A stretch of DNA of 64,000 bases from Vicinamibacteria bacterium (GCA_963422395.1 OY729431.1:1952001-2016000); one strand, 5' to 3'; positions 42,994 through 53,743 are shown, counted from the stretch's first letter. Notes: generated by a model not told the origin, from the letters alone. Numbers and translations: made by a program.

Positions 42994-44463
42994 TCACCCG
43001 CTGCGGCTCGGCTTTTCTCCCGCCGAGGAGTTCAGCCGGCGGGCAGTGTTCACGATCTGCTCCCAGGCTTCGACGACCTGCTCCCGGCGGGTGTGGGTCT
43101 GCGCGACGACCATGCGCAGCGCGATGCCGACGGGCAGACGGGTATGGGTCAGGTAGAGGCGGCCGGACTCGTTCAGCGCGTGGAGCAGGCCCAGGTTGAA
43201 GTCGTCGAGGTCGCCGGCCGCTGCCCGGTAGCGGAAGGTGATGTGGTTCAGGGGCGCCGGGGCCAGAACCTCGAAGTCGGCGTCCGCCTCGACGAATCCC
43301 AGGAACTCCTGGCCGAGCGCCACATGCTCGCGGATGTGGGTGCGCAGCCCGGCAGCACCGTAGTGCCGCAGCACGAACCACAACTTCAGGGCGCGGAAGC
43401 GGCGGCCCAGCGGGATGTGCCAATCCCGGTAGTCGGTGACCTCGCCGGCGGCGGAAGCACGGTTCTTCAGGTACTCCGGGGTCACCGAGAGGGTGTCGGT
43501 GAGCGCCCGGCGGTCGGCGACCCAGAAGGCGTCACAGTCGAAGTTGGTGAACATCCACTTGTGGGGATTGAAGCAATAGGAATCGGCGAACTCGAGCCCG
43601 GCCTGAAGATGGCGGAATTCGGGGCAGAGGAACGCGGTTCCCGACATCGCGGCATCCACATGCACCCAGATCCCCCGCTCGCGGGCGATACGCCCCAGCT
43701 CTCCGAGCGGATCGAAGGCCCCGGTGGAGGTCGTCCCCAGCGTGACCTGGAGGAAGCAGGGGATCTTCCCGGCGCCCCGGTCCTCCTCGACCAGGGCGGC
43801 GAACGACTCGGGGCGGACGGCTCGGGTCACCGGGTCCACCGGGACCTGACGCAGGTTGTCGCTGCCGAGGCCGGCGATTCGCACCGCCTTCAGCAGGGAG
43901 GAATGGGACTCCTCCGAACCGTAGGCGACGAGGGGGGTCCGAACTCCCAGCCGGTTCGACTCGAAGCCGGTAGCCCGCTCGCGCGCCGCGAGCAGCGCGG
44001 TGAGGGTGGCCGAGGAGGCGGTGTCCTGGATGACGCCGCCACCCGGTCCGTCGGAACGGAACGCAGCCGGAAGGTCCAGCAGCTCCGCCAGCCAATCGAG
44101 GACATGGATCTCGAGCTCGGTGCAGGACGGGCTCGTGGCCCAGAGCATTCCGTTCACCCCGAGCCCCGCAGCCAGCAGCTCGCCGAGCACCGACGGGCCC
44201 GAGTTGTTGGCGGGGAAGAATCCGAAAAAGCGCGGGGACTGCCAGTGGGTGAGCCCGGGCAGCACCACGCGGTCGAGGTCGCGCAGCACCGCCTCGAACG
44301 GCTCTCCGTTCTCCGGCGGAGCGGCGGGAAGCAGAGCCCGAATCTCGCCGGGACGGACCCGAGAGGCCACGGGCAGCTCGCCGACTCTCTCCCAGTAGTC
44401 GGCGATCCAGTCCAGGACGGCCTGACCGTTCCGAACGAATTCGGCGGGGCTCAGGTGAGCCAC
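42994..44463 (-). CDS. PLP-dependent aromatic-L-amino-acid decarboxylase (group II)
   Basis: [60 protein letters not shown]. Confidence 0.92.
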   Translation of the reverse strand: MAHLSPAEFVRNGQAVLDWIADYWERVGELPVASRVRPGEIRALLPAAPPENGEPFEAVLRDLDRVVLPGLTHWQSPRFFGFFPANNSGPSVLGELLAAGLGVNGMLWATSPSCTELEIHVLDWLAELLDLPAAFRSDGPGGGVIQDTASSATLTALLAARERATGFESNRLGVRTPLVAYGSEESHSSLLKAVRIAGLGSDNLRQVPVDPVTRAVRPESFAALVEEDRGAGKIPCFLQVTLGTTSTGAFDPLGELGRIARERGIWVHVDAAMSGTAFLCPEFRHLQAGLEFADSYCFNPHKWMFTNFDCDAFWVADRRALTDTLSVTPEYLKNRASAAGEVTDYRDWHIPLGRRFRALKLWFVLRHYGAAGLRTHIREHVALGQEFLGFVEADADFEVLAPAPLNHITFRYRAAAGDLDDFNLGLLHALNESGRLYLTHTRLPVGIALRMVVAQTHTRREQVVEAWEQIVNTARRLNSSAGEKPSRSG

Positions 44464-44515
44464 AGGACGCTATCTCCTCCTGATCGGTGCCCCGTCGGGC
44501 GGCGATCTCCGCGGT

Positions 44516-44839
44516 TCAGAGACGATCGATCTTCGCCGCCAGGATGAAGTCGCTCTCGGTGAGGCCGCCCACCTTGTGAGTCCAGAGAGTGACTTCGACC
44601 CGGCCCCAGGCGACCAGCAGGTCCGGGTGGTGCCCTTCGGCTTCGGCCACCTCCCCGACCCGATTCGCGAACGCGAGGGCGCCCGCGAAGTCCGGAAACA
44701 CGAAAGTTCGGGAGATTCTCCGGTACTCCTCCTGCCCCCATCCCTCCACCTCGCTGAGGTATTCCGCGACTGTCTCCCGACCCATCGGCGGCACCCCACC
44801 GCGGCACGGAACGCAGCTCCTGGCAGCGAGATCGCTCAT
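44516..44839 (-). CDS. phhB: Pterin-4-alpha-carbinolamine dehydratase
   Basis: CVPCRGG, F.FPDF, AEAEGHHPD, WTHKVGGLTESDFILAAKID. Confidence 0.92.
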   Translation of the reverse strand: MSDLAARSCVPCRGGVPPMGRETVAEYLSEVEGWGQEEYRRISRTFVFPDFAGALAFANRVGEVAEAEGHHPDLLVAWGRVEVTLWTHKVGGLTESDFILAAKIDRL

Positions 44840-44849
44840 CTGGGAGATT

Positions 44850-46322
44850 CTAATCGCCCGGCAGCGCGCCAAGCCTGGATTTCCGCAGCAGGCCGTGGCG
44901 TTTCATCTTCTCGTGGAGGGTGGTCGGGTTCAGTTGCAGGATCCGGGCGGCGCCCTTCTGGCTTCCCCGAGAGCGGCGAAGCGCGCTCTCGATGATCGTC
45001 CGTTCGACTCCCTGGAGGATCTCCTTCAGCGGGCGGGCGTCGAGATGCGGCGGGTTCGGCTGCGAGCGGTCGAGCAGCGGACAGAAGCTCTCCGGCAGCA
45101 CCGAGCCGGTAAAACCCGAAACCGCCGCAGTCGCCACTGCGCTTTCCACACACATGCGCAGCTCGGCCGTGTTTCCCGGCCAGTCGTGGGCGGTGTATGC
45201 CTCGATCGCCGCCCGCGGCATCCCGAAAGGACCGACTCCGGACCTGCGGCAGGCCTCCGAAAGGAACCGCAGGATGAGAGCCGGGACATCCTCACGCCGC
45301 GCGCGCAGCGGCGGGATGCTGAAGACGATGGTCCTGCGCCGCTTCCGAAGACGGGCGGAAAAAGCCCCGTCGCGGTTTCCGTTCCGATCCCCGGAATCCG
45401 TCGAGACCAGCAGCCGGAAAGGCCCCGGACGGCGGAGGGCGTCCTCGAGGATCGCCTGATCGGAAGCGGCCAACCTCTCGATGCCGCTGAGATAGACGCT
45501 TCCGGGCCGGGGCCAGGGATTCGACGATCCAGGACCCGCAGCGCGGCGAAACTCCCGGAAGACCGCACCCAGTTCCCCGGCAGGGAGGTCTGACGACTGC
45601 AGCCTGACGAAGGCGAGCGACGATCTCCGGCCCAGCCGGTGGACGAGTTCGGCAGCCAGCCGCCGTCCGCTCCCGGATTCGCCCAGGACGAGAACCGGGG
45701 CCTCGGCGAAAGCGGCGGTGGTGATGGCGCCCCGGACCGAGGCAGCTTCGGCCGAACAGCCGACGAAGTCGTCCAGGCGGACTGCCGCCCGGAGCTCCTT
45801 GCGCAAAAGCCGGTTCTCCGTCAGCAGCCTGCGGTACACCAGGGCGGCGTCGAGGGCGCCGAAAAGCGCCTCGCGGGAGACCGGCAACGGCACCAGCCGC
45901 GGGCGATGGGGCCCGAGCCCGTCGAAGCGGGGCCAGGGCGCCTCGGGTTCGGTCAGGGCGACCGTCGCCGTTTCCGCGCCGAGTTCGGGGAGCACCGCCG
46001 GCGATTCGAAACCGGTGAGCATCTCGAAAATCACCACCGAGGCGCCGGCCAGCTGTCGCGCAACGGCTTCCTGCGGCAAAATCGGAAGTCGAGTTACCTG
46101 CCAGGATGCGTCGGTGAGAAATCGCGCCGCATCGCGCGCGGCCGCCCCCGCACCCACGACCACGACTCGCTCCGCCTCGGCGGCCCGCGCCGGCTTCGGC
46201 AGAGCCGCAGGAAGCGCCCAGGGATGCGGAGCAGCGAACTCCCTAACAGCGAGTCCCGCCTGCTGGAAGTCCTCGATCCCCGGCGCGGGAGCGGTCCCCG
46301 CGCTTGCTGTCAGCCTCCTCAC
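44850..46322 (-). CDS. Degenerate sigma-54-type (NtrC/Fis) transcriptional regulator
   Basis: VLVLGESGSGR, PPLRARREDVP, WPGN..EL, Fis HTH AARILQLNPTTLHEKM; lacks GAFTGA. Confidence 0.75.
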   Translation of the reverse strand: MRRLTASAGTAPAPGIEDFQQAGLAVREFAAPHPWALPAALPKPARAAEAERVVVVGAGAAARDAARFLTDASWQVTRLPILPQEAVARQLAGASVVIFEMLTGFESPAVLPELGAETATVALTEPEAPWPRFDGLGPHRPRLVPLPVSREALFGALDAALVYRRLLTENRLLRKELRAAVRLDDFVGCSAEAASVRGAITTAAFAEAPVLVLGESGSGRRLAAELVHRLGRRSSLAFVRLQSSDLPAGELGAVFREFRRAAGPGSSNPWPRPGSVYLSGIERLAASDQAILEDALRRPGPFRLLVSTDSGDRNGNRDGAFSARLRKRRRTIVFSIPPLRARREDVPALILRFLSEACRRSGVGPFGMPRAAIEAYTAHDWPGNTAELRMCVESAVATAAVSGFTGSVLPESFCPLLDRSQPNPPHLDARPLKEILQGVERTIIESALRRSRGSQKGAARILQLNPTTLHEKMKRHGLLRKSRLGALPGD

Positions 46323-46363
46323 TCTCGGCGCTCACCCCACTTCATCCATCAAGCTGCTAAACG

Positions 46364-47005
46364 CTACCGGGAGGAAATGGTTCCGCGCGCCGCGGGAGCG
46401 CCGGACAGGGCTTCGAGAAAATGGGCGTGGATGCGTGGGTCCTCGGTGAGTTCGGGATGGAAGGTGGTCGCCAGCACGCGGCCCTGCCGCACGAACACGG
46501 GCTGGCCGCGCCAGGCAGCCAGCACCTGCACCCGGCGGCCAGTGGTGGTGATCACCGGGGCCCGGATCATCACCAGCGGCAGGTCCGGCTCGCCCAGTTC
46601 GGAGCATGGCGCAGTGCCGAGATGACTTTCGAGCTGGCGTCCGTACCCATTGCGCCGGATCTCGATGTCCAGCAGTCCGAGCGACGGCTGTTCCGGATTG
46701 CAGACCTCGCGCGCGAGCAGGATGGCGCCGGCACAGGTCCCGAAGAGGGCACCCCCTTGCCGATGGAAGGCGCGCAGCGGCTCCAGCAAGTTCTCCTCGA
46801 CGAGAAATTGCAGCATCGTCGAGCTCTCGCCGCCGGGAAGGATGATCCCGGAAAGCCCTTCGAGCGCCGGCACCCGGCGGATTTCCACGGCATCCACGCC
46901 CAGCCGGCGAAGCATCCCGATGTGGAGCGCGAAATTGCCCTGGAGGGCGAGGACACCGACCCGAGGGGGACCGGGGGAGCCGGGGCCCGAGGGAGTTTCA
47001 GCCAT
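46364..47005 (-). CDS. pdxT: Pyridoxal 5'-phosphate synthase glutaminase subunit
   Basis: GVLALQG, LPGGES, GTCAG, RNGYGRQ, FHPEL. Confidence 0.95.
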   Translation of the reverse strand: MAETPSGPGSPGPPRVGVLALQGNFALHIGMLRRLGVDAVEIRRVPALEGLSGIILPGGESSTMLQFLVEENLLEPLRAFHRQGGALFGTCAGAILLAREVCNPEQPSLGLLDIEIRRNGYGRQLESHLGTAPCSELGEPDLPLVMIRAPVITTTGRRVQVLAAWRGQPVFVRQGRVLATTFHPELTEDPRIHAHFLEALSGAPAARGTISSR

Positions 47006-47107
47006 CGCGCGGGGGGTTCGAGGCGCCCCGGGCCGCCGCACCGCGCGGGCGTTCGACCCGAACGCCGGCGGAAATCGGAGACCGCGGAGCGATCGCTGAT
47101 CGACTCC

Positions 47108-47986
47108 TCAGTTGCCCCGGGTCTGGAGCAGCTGTTCCTCCGGCAGGGATGCGATATCGAGGCCGCGCATGGGCTCTTTGAGGCCCATCGAGACTTCGAC
47201 CAGCATTCCCGGATCTTGGTGGTGGGTCACCGCCTTGACGATCGCCTTGGCCCGCACCTCGGGATCGGGGGACTTGAAGATGCCGGACCCGACGAAGATC
47301 GATTCGGCGCCGAGCTGCATGCAGAGCGCCGCATCTGCTGGCGTCGCCACCCCTCCGGCAGCGAAATTGGGGACGGGAAGCCGCCCTTCCCGGGCGACGA
47401 GCCGAACCAGCTCGTAAGGCGCGCGGAGGTTCTTGGCCTCGGACATGAGTTCGCCGTCGCCGAGCACCGTCAGCCGACGCAGCTGACCACCGATGCGCCG
47501 CAGGTGGCGGACCGCCTCCACGATATTTCCCGAGCCCGCCTCTCCCTTGGTGCGGATGAGCGCGGCTCCCTCGCCGATCCGCCGCAGCGCCTCCCCGAGA
47601 TCCCGGCAGCCGCACACGAACGGCACATCGAAGGAATGCTTGTCGATGTGGTTCTCCTCGTCGGCCGGGGTCAGGACTTCACTCTCGTCCACGAAGTCCA
47701 CCCCCATGTGCTGCAGGATCTGCGCTTCGGCGAAGTGACCGATGCGGACCTTGGCCATCACCGGAATGCTGACCGCCTCCATGATCTCCTGGATCTTCTC
47801 GGGCGAGGACATCCGGGCGACCCCACCGTCCCGCCGGATATCGGCGGGGACCCGTTCGAGCGCCATCACGCTCACCGCGCCGGCGTCTTCGGCGATCCGG
47901 GCCTGTTCGGCGTTCGTCACATCCATGATCGCGCCGCCCTTCAGCATGTCGGCGAGACCGGTCTTCAGACGGAATTCGGTGCTCAT
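47108..47986 (-). CDS. pdxS: Pyridoxal 5'-phosphate synthase lyase subunit
   Basis: [51 protein letters not shown]. Confidence 0.97.
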   Translation of the reverse strand: MSTEFRLKTGLADMLKGGAIMDVTNAEQARIAEDAGAVSVMALERVPADIRRDGGVARMSSPEKIQEIMEAVSIPVMAKVRIGHFAEAQILQHMGVDFVDESEVLTPADEENHIDKHSFDVPFVCGCRDLGEALRRIGEGAALIRTKGEAGSGNIVEAVRHLRRIGGQLRRLTVLGDGELMSEAKNLRAPYELVRLVAREGRLPVPNFAAGGVATPADAALCMQLGAESIFVGSGIFKSPDPEVRAKAIVKAVTHHQDPGMLVEVSMGLKEPMRGLDIASLPEEQLLQTRGN

Positions 47987-48993
47987 CGCGTTCTCCTGGG
48001 GACGCCGGACAAGCCGCCGCCCATTGGAATCTGTACCGTGGGAACTCTACCCCCCGAAGGGGGCCGCCGCACCTGCGCGATCGCGATTCCGAAAACGATC
48101 AGGACCGCCCCCGAGACCCGCACCATTTCCAGGGATTCTCCGAGCCAGACCCAGGAGATGGCCAGCGCCGGAAGCGGCAGCACATTCGAGTACACCCCGG
48201 TCAGGGTCGGCCCTACACGGCCCGACGCATAGCTCCACAGCGTGTTGCCCACCGCGAGCGCAGCGATCCCGGACGCGATCGCCGCGGCCCAGAAAGCGCC
48301 GGGGGCGGCAAGGAGGTTCGCAAGAGAAGCCGCGGGGGAATCCGCGGTCGCGAGCAGCAACGGCGCCGGCAGCCAGAGAAAGAGCGTTGCGAGCCCCGTC
48401 GTCCAGGCCCCGACCCGAAGCGCTCCGTAACGGCGAACCATCGCTGCCCCCCGCACCGTATAGACCGCCCAGCCGAGCATCGCCAGGAACAGACCGAGGT
48501 TCCCCAGATGAGCGGCCACGCTCTCTTCGGTGCCCGACACCAGCAGGATCCCGCCGCCGGACAGCGCCAGCCCGAGCGCGGTGCGGCGGCAGAACGGCTC
48601 GGTGCGCGTCATCCAGGCGATCGCCGCGATCGCTACCGGGGCGAGCGAGAGGATGAGAGCCGAGCTGGACGCCGACGAGGCGTGGGTTCCGTGGATGAAC
48701 CCGACCTGGAAGACCACATGGCCGCTGAGGGCGAGAAGCGCCAGGGGCCCGAGATCCCGCGGGTCGAAGCGCCGCAGCCGCGGCGCAAGCGCCAGCAGCG
48801 GCAGGAGGAGTAGGGAGGCGGCGGTCAGGCGGAGCAGGTTGAAGACATACGGGTTCCCGAGGCCGACGCCGTACTTGACGACGCTGAGACTCGACGCCCA
48901 AACGACGACCACCACTCCGAGCGCCGCCCCGGCAAGCCCGAAGCGGTGTCCCCCAGACCCCGCGGCAGCCCCGGCCCGCGACGGGCCGATCAC
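47983..48993 (-). CDS. EamA/DMT family transporter
   Basis: Multiple TM segments in two EamA-like repeats; WLGE motif. Confidence 0.8.
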   Translation of the reverse strand: MIGPSRAGAAAGSGGHRFGLAGAALGVVVVVWASSLSVVKYGVGLGNPYVFNLLRLTAASLLLLPLLALAPRLRRFDPRDLGPLALLALSGHVVFQVGFIHGTHASSASSSALILSLAPVAIAAIAWMTRTEPFCRRTALGLALSGGGILLVSGTEESVAAHLGNLGLFLAMLGWAVYTVRGAAMVRRYGALRVGAWTTGLATLFLWLPAPLLLATADSPAASLANLLAAPGAFWAAAIASGIAALAVGNTLWSYASGRVGPTLTGVYSNVLPLPALAISWVWLGESLEMVRVSGAVLIVFGIAIAQVRRPPSGGRVPTVQIPMGGGLSGVPRRTR

Positions 48994-49018
48994 GACGGGC
49001 AGGCCCGATCGGACCCGC

Positions 49019-49915
49019 TTACATCATCCGTCGGAGGATTCGGTCTCGCTGTTCCCGGGTGATCGCCTCCGGGACATGCGAAACGGGCGGTGCGCCGCCG
49101 TCCAGAATCGGTTCGAGCGCGTGGAGCGGCGCCGCGCTCTGGTCCTGGAAGAAAAGCCCGGTGCAGATCCGCTCCTCCCATTCCACTGCCCTTTCGCAGG
49201 CAGCCTTCCAGTCGGAGGGGTCGTGATCCTCGTCTTCGAGCGGAGCGATCCGCTTGCGGAAGAAGTCGTAGGTGTTGTCGCGGTTGAAGGTCACGCAGGG
49301 ACTGAAGACATCGATCACCGCGAAGCCCCGATGCTGGATCGCGCCCTCGATGAGCCGGACGAGCTGCTTGATGTTCCCGGAGAAGCCCCGCGCCACATAG
49401 GTCGCGCCGTTCATGATCGCCGAGGTGATCGGATTCACCGGCCGCTCGATGTTTCCGAAGGGGGTGCTCTTGGTCTTCATCCCCAGGCTGCTGCTCGGAG
49501 ATACCTGCCCGGTGGTGAGTCCGTAGATCTGGTTGTTCATCACCAGGTAGGTCAGATCCACATTGCGCCGGGCGGTGTGGGTGAAGTGGTTGCCTCCGAT
49601 GCCGTAGCCGTCCCCGTCGCCGCCAGTGACCAGCACGGTCAGTGTCTGGTTCGCCATCTTCACTCCGGTGGCCACGGCGAGCGAGCGCCCGTGGAGGGTG
49701 TGCATGCCGTAGGAGTTGAAAAATCCAGGGAAGTTGGAGGAACACCCGATGCCGCTGACGCAGACGATTTCGTGTGGCTTCAGACCCAGTCCGGCCACCG
49801 ACATCTGGGTGGCACGCAGGAGCGCGAAGTCGCCGCAGCCAGGACACCAGTCCGGATCCACCTTCCCCTTGAAATCCTTGGCGGTCAGCGGCTTTTCCCT
49901 GAGCTCGATGGTCAT
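49019..49915 (-). CDS. 2-oxoacid:ferredoxin oxidoreductase beta subunit
   Basis: WCPGCGDF, SGIGCS, HGR, GGDGD, NNQIYGLT.GQ.SP, SPCVTFN. Confidence 0.95.
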   Translation of the reverse strand: MTIELREKPLTAKDFKGKVDPDWCPGCGDFALLRATQMSVAGLGLKPHEIVCVSGIGCSSNFPGFFNSYGMHTLHGRSLAVATGVKMANQTLTVLVTGGDGDGYGIGGNHFTHTARRNVDLTYLVMNNQIYGLTTGQVSPSSSLGMKTKSTPFGNIERPVNPITSAIMNGATYVARGFSGNIKQLVRLIEGAIQHRGFAVIDVFSPCVTFNRDNTYDFFRKRIAPLEDEDHDPSDWKAACERAVEWEERICTGLFFQDQSAAPLHALEPILDGGAPPVSHVPEAITREQRDRILRRMM

Positions 49916-49940
49916 GAAGTCTCCTGAGGTGGTCCCCCGG

Positions 49941-51728
49941 TCAGACGAGGATTTCCTGGTCCGGGACGAACACCCCGCCCGGGACCTCCTCGGCGAGATG
50001 CGAGCGAACCCCGTCCACGATGTGGTGGGGCATGAACGGCTCGCCGTCGTATTTTCGGATATGCCCGTCGGCGCTGATCCCGGTTTCCCCGCGCAGGAAG
50101 CGGTGGAATTGCCCGGAGTGGTTGTTCTCGACGATGAGCGTCTTCCGGGCGCCGAGAAGCGCCGCCGCCATCGCTTCGCCGTGGAAGGGAAAGAGCCACT
50201 TGACCGCGATCCGATTCACGCGGACGCCTTCCGCCTGCAGCTGCTCCATCGCCTCACCGATCACACCCCAGGTGGAGCCCCAGCCGACGAGGGTGACTTC
50301 GGCGTCCGGGTCGCCCTCGATCTCCGGCGTGGGGATGCGAGTGAGGAAATCGTCGAGCTTGCGAGCCCGCTTTTCGACCATCTGCCGGCGTTTGATGGGG
50401 TTCGTGAACTCGTCGGAGATGAGAATCCCCTCTTCGTCGTGTTCGTCGGTCGCGACGACATGCACATGTCCGGGAACCCCGGGTACGGCCCGCGGCGAAA
50501 TGCCGTCGGCGGTGTCCAGATAGCGGTTGTAGCCCGCCTGCTCACCGTTCGCATCGCGGATCAGCTTGCCGCGTTCGATCGGAGGGAACATGTCGATGTC
50601 GTTCGGCGGAACGCTGAAGGTCCCCTCGGAGATGAGCAGATCCGAGAGCACGATCGCCGGACACTGGTAGCGGTCGGCGAGGTTGAACACATCCCCGATC
50701 GTCGAGAAGGCATCGTGGGCACTCTTCGGAGCGACCACGATCCGCTCGAAGTCTCCCTGGCTCGCTCCGAGCGCCTGCCAGAGATCCCCCTGCTCGGTCT
50801 TGGTGGGGACGCCGGTCGAAGGGCCGGCGCGCATCACATTGATGAAGACCACCGGAATCTCCATCATCGCCGCCGCACCGATGGCTTCGGTCATCAGCGC
50901 GAAGCCGCCGCCTGAAGTCGCGCACATGGTCCGAGCGCCGGTATGGGCCGCGCCGATGGCCATGTTGGCGACCCCGATCTCGTCCTCCACCTGCCGCACC
51001 ATGATCCCGAGTTCACGGGCGTTCTTCGCCATCCAATGCAGTACTCCGGTCGAGGGGCTCATCGGATAGGCGCAATAGAACTTGACCCCGGCAGCGGCCC
51101 CGCCCATCGCGAGGGCATCGTTCCCGGTCCAGACCGCGAGCGGTTCGGGGTTTTCGGGAAGCGAAGCGGTGCATGGGGGGAAATGTGCGCTCGAAAACTC
51201 GAACCCTGCGCGGGCAACCGCGACATTCGAGGTCACCACCGCCTCGCCCTTGCGCTGGAATTGCAGTGCCAGCGCTTCCTCGAGTACAGAGAAGTCGACT
51301 CCGAGGAGATGGGCCATGACCCCGAGGGCCGCGGTGTTCTGCGCCAGCTTGTTCTTCTGGTCGCCGGTCATCTCGGCCACCGGCATGCCGCACAGGTTGA
51401 CGCCCTCCTGATGCTCGCCGGGAGTGACCGAATCGGAGTTGTAGAGCGCGTAGGCCCCCGGACCCAGATGGCGCAGATGCCGGGTCATGGTGTCCTGATT
51501 GAGGCAGAGCAAGAGGTCCATCCGGTCGCCGTGCGAGGTTACTTCCCGATCCCCGATCCGCATGGTGAGCAGGATGTGCCCCCCCCGGATGATGGACTGG
51601 TAGGCGTTGTAAGCGTTGAGATGAAGGCCCCGACGGACGAACATCCGCGCGAGGATGTTTCCGGGGGTGGCGATGCCCTGCCCGGCTGCCCCCCCGATGA
51701 CGATGGTGAAATCGAAGCCTCGTGTCAT
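49941..51728 (-). CDS. 2-oxoacid:ferredoxin oxidoreductase alpha subunit (gamma-alpha fusion)
   Basis: GGAAGQG, YPMSP, EDEI, TSGGG..LM.E, RAGPSTG.PT..EQGD, VENN..GQ. Confidence 0.95.
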   Translation of the reverse strand: MTRGFDFTIVIGGAAGQGIATPGNILARMFVRRGLHLNAYNAYQSIIRGGHILLTMRIGDREVTSHGDRMDLLLCLNQDTMTRHLRHLGPGAYALYNSDSVTPGEHQEGVNLCGMPVAEMTGDQKNKLAQNTAALGVMAHLLGVDFSVLEEALALQFQRKGEAVVTSNVAVARAGFEFSSAHFPPCTASLPENPEPLAVWTGNDALAMGGAAAGVKFYCAYPMSPSTGVLHWMAKNARELGIMVRQVEDEIGVANMAIGAAHTGARTMCATSGGGFALMTEAIGAAAMMEIPVVFINVMRAGPSTGVPTKTEQGDLWQALGASQGDFERIVVAPKSAHDAFSTIGDVFNLADRYQCPAIVLSDLLISEGTFSVPPNDIDMFPPIERGKLIRDANGEQAGYNRYLDTADGISPRAVPGVPGHVHVVATDEHDEEGILISDEFTNPIKRRQMVEKRARKLDDFLTRIPTPEIEGDPDAEVTLVGWGSTWGVIGEAMEQLQAEGVRVNRIAVKWLFPFHGEAMAAALLGARKTLIVENNHSGQFHRFLRGETGISADGHIRKYDGEPFMPHHIVDGVRSHLAEEVPGGVFVPDQEILV

Positions 51729-51884
51729 GTGGGAGTCGGTGACCTTGCCTAGGAACCTTTCTGTTGTCTTGCGCTGATGGGATCTGCTGTTGCGCCCACC
51801 GTACCCGTCTCCCGGAATGGCGGGACACCGGCCGCTGACGCGAACGGACCCGAAATCGTATCACCTCGGCGGCTGAGCGGCCCG

Positions 51885-52446
51885 GGAGCGGGGCGGGATG
51901 CCGGGTTGCCTCTCGCGTCGCCTGGGAGGATCCAAGACGCCCCGCTCCCGGACCGCCCGGCGCTCCGCGCCGCGAATCCGAACTCGCTGCCTTATGGCAG
52001 GAGTTCGGATTCGGTTTTGCTGATTCGTGAACGGGGGTAAACCCCCTTTCACACTTTCCCCCGCTGCGACGCTCCCGAAGCTCCGCTTCGGGCGCAACAT
52101 GTCGTTTTTTCGGCCACGGACGGGGGGCACAGCTCTCTCGAGCGGGGCGGGATGCCGGGTCGCCTCTCCCGCGCCCTCGCGGGAAGAGCGTTCTTGCCGA
52201 TGGAGCAGTATCTGTATCTCTCGCGTTGCCTCTCTCGCGCCCTCGCGGGAAGAGCGAGGACGCCCTCCCGGACCGCCCGGCGCTCCGCGCCGCGAATCCG
52301 AACTCGCTGCCTATGGCAGGAGTTCGAATTCGGTTTTGCTAATTCGTGAAGCTCCGCTTCGGGCGCGCTCCCGGACCGCTGCCGGGAGCTTCGGGCGCAA
52401 CGGACGGGGGGCACAGCTCTCTCGAGCGGGGCGGGATGCCGGGTCG
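51885..52446. repeat. Mosaic intergenic repeat with hairpins (about two units plus a partial third)
   Basis: GAGCGGGGCGGGATGCCGGGT three times; a ~90-bp block ...GAATCCGAACTCGCTGCC-(T)TAT-GGCAGGAGTTCG..TTCGGTTTTGCT.ATTCGTGAA twice; GGACGGGGGGCACAGCTCTCTC twice; GCGCCCTCGCGGGAAGAGCG twice. Confidence 0.85.
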
Positions 52447-52569
52447 CTCTGTCCGGAAGCGCGACTTATGTAATGATTCCCCCCGGTTCTCGCTGCTCGG
52501 TCCGGCGTGTCGGCTGGAAGCCGGCGGCGAGTGTGGCAGACGATGCGGAAACCGCAACAGGACGGGATC

Positions 52570-53736
52570 ATGATGAATCACTCTTCTCTTCTCAGGCGGC
52601 GCTGGGCACAGCGCCTCGGCGGCGCCGCTCTTGCCGCCCTGTTCACGGCAGCCGCCGGCGCCAGCCCTGCGGAGACTCCGCCCGATCCGCCGATCCTGCA
52701 CTTCGAAGCGTCGGACGAGTACTCGTTCGCGGCGGCTCGGATCACGGTGGATGCCCGGCTGATGCCGGGCGCCGAACTGACCGTCAGCCTCACCTCCCCG
52801 TCCGGGAACCGGGAAGTGCTGACGATGAGCCGTGACGGGCATCGCCACACCTGGACCGGCCAACTCGGCGAGGTCGGAACCTGGCAGGCCGAGGCGGTCG
52901 TGGACGGTCCGAGCGGGTCCGGCTCCGAACGACTCACCGCGAGCGGATCGGTTTCTCTCCGGGCCGGCGAGCCGAGCTGTTCGGTTTCGGTGAGCGCCCC
53001 CGAAGTACCGACGCACTACCTCGACGCTCATATCGTCGTCGATACCTGTGAAGCGAGCGCCCAGACCGGTCAGATCGCCACCCGCTACGCCCGGGTGCTG
53101 CGAGACGGAGTGCAGGTCGCCACCCTCGATTCCACGAACACCTGCGAGCGCAGTTTCGTAGTGCCGGGAGGCGGCGACTACGAAGCCACTCTGGAAGTCG
53201 TGGACGACCGGGGTGTCTCCGGGAGCTGCACCAGCCCGGGCCTCGGAGTGGACGCACGCTACCCGCGCTTCTGGCCGACCTTGGACTTCGCTGCCGGCAC
53301 CTTCCGAACTTCACGGGCGGACATCGTCGATGGACCACGATCCGCCCTCGTGGGTGGATCCGGCGTCGGAATCATGATTCCGCATCATTCGGATGAGGAC
53401 CGCACCACCTCGTTCCACGCCCGGGCCGGCGGGGGCCGCGCCCACAACAACTGGCTGGGCTCGGCGGTGGACTTCTCGATCACTCGGCAGACCCCCGGCG
53501 GCTTCTTCGGCGCCGGCGCCGGGCTTTGGGGGATCGGTGACAACGACTTGATGGATGCGGGAATCTTCGGCACCGGCGGGTTCAACCTGCCCTACTACAC
53601 CCGCGCCGGCCCCGTGCAGATGCTCTTCGAGATCCGGGTCTTTGCGAGGCACATCACCGACTTCTCGCAGAACTACTCCGGCATGCTCGGCGTGCGTTAC
53701 AACTTCCGGCCCACCCACCTGATCCACACCCGTTAG
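52570..53736 (+). CDS. Secreted or outer-membrane hypothetical protein
   Basis: Signal-peptide-like LGGAALAALFTAAAGA; beta-rich middle with cysteines; amphipathic strands ending LGVRYNF. Confidence 0.7.
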   Translation: MMNHSSLLRRRWAQRLGGAALAALFTAAAGASPAETPPDPPILHFEASDEYSFAAARITVDARLMPGAELTVSLTSPSGNREVLTMSRDGHRHTWTGQLGEVGTWQAEAVVDGPSGSGSERLTASGSVSLRAGEPSCSVSVSAPEVPTHYLDAHIVVDTCEASAQTGQIATRYARVLRDGVQVATLDSTNTCERSFVVPGGGDYEATLEVVDDRGVSGSCTSPGLGVDARYPRFWPTLDFAAGTFRTSRADIVDGPRSALVGGSGVGIMIPHHSDEDRTTSFHARAGGGRAHNNWLGSAVDFSITRQTPGGFFGAGAGLWGIGDNDLMDAGIFGTGGFNLPYYTRAGPVQMLFEIRVFARHITDFSQNYSGMLGVRYNFRPTHLIHTR

Positions 53737-53743
53737 CGGCCTC

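Noticed and set aside
51885-52446. Possible CRISPR array
   Set aside because: No constant repeat-spacer period; the intervening sequences are themselves repeated and 250-280 bp long; no cas genes in the window.
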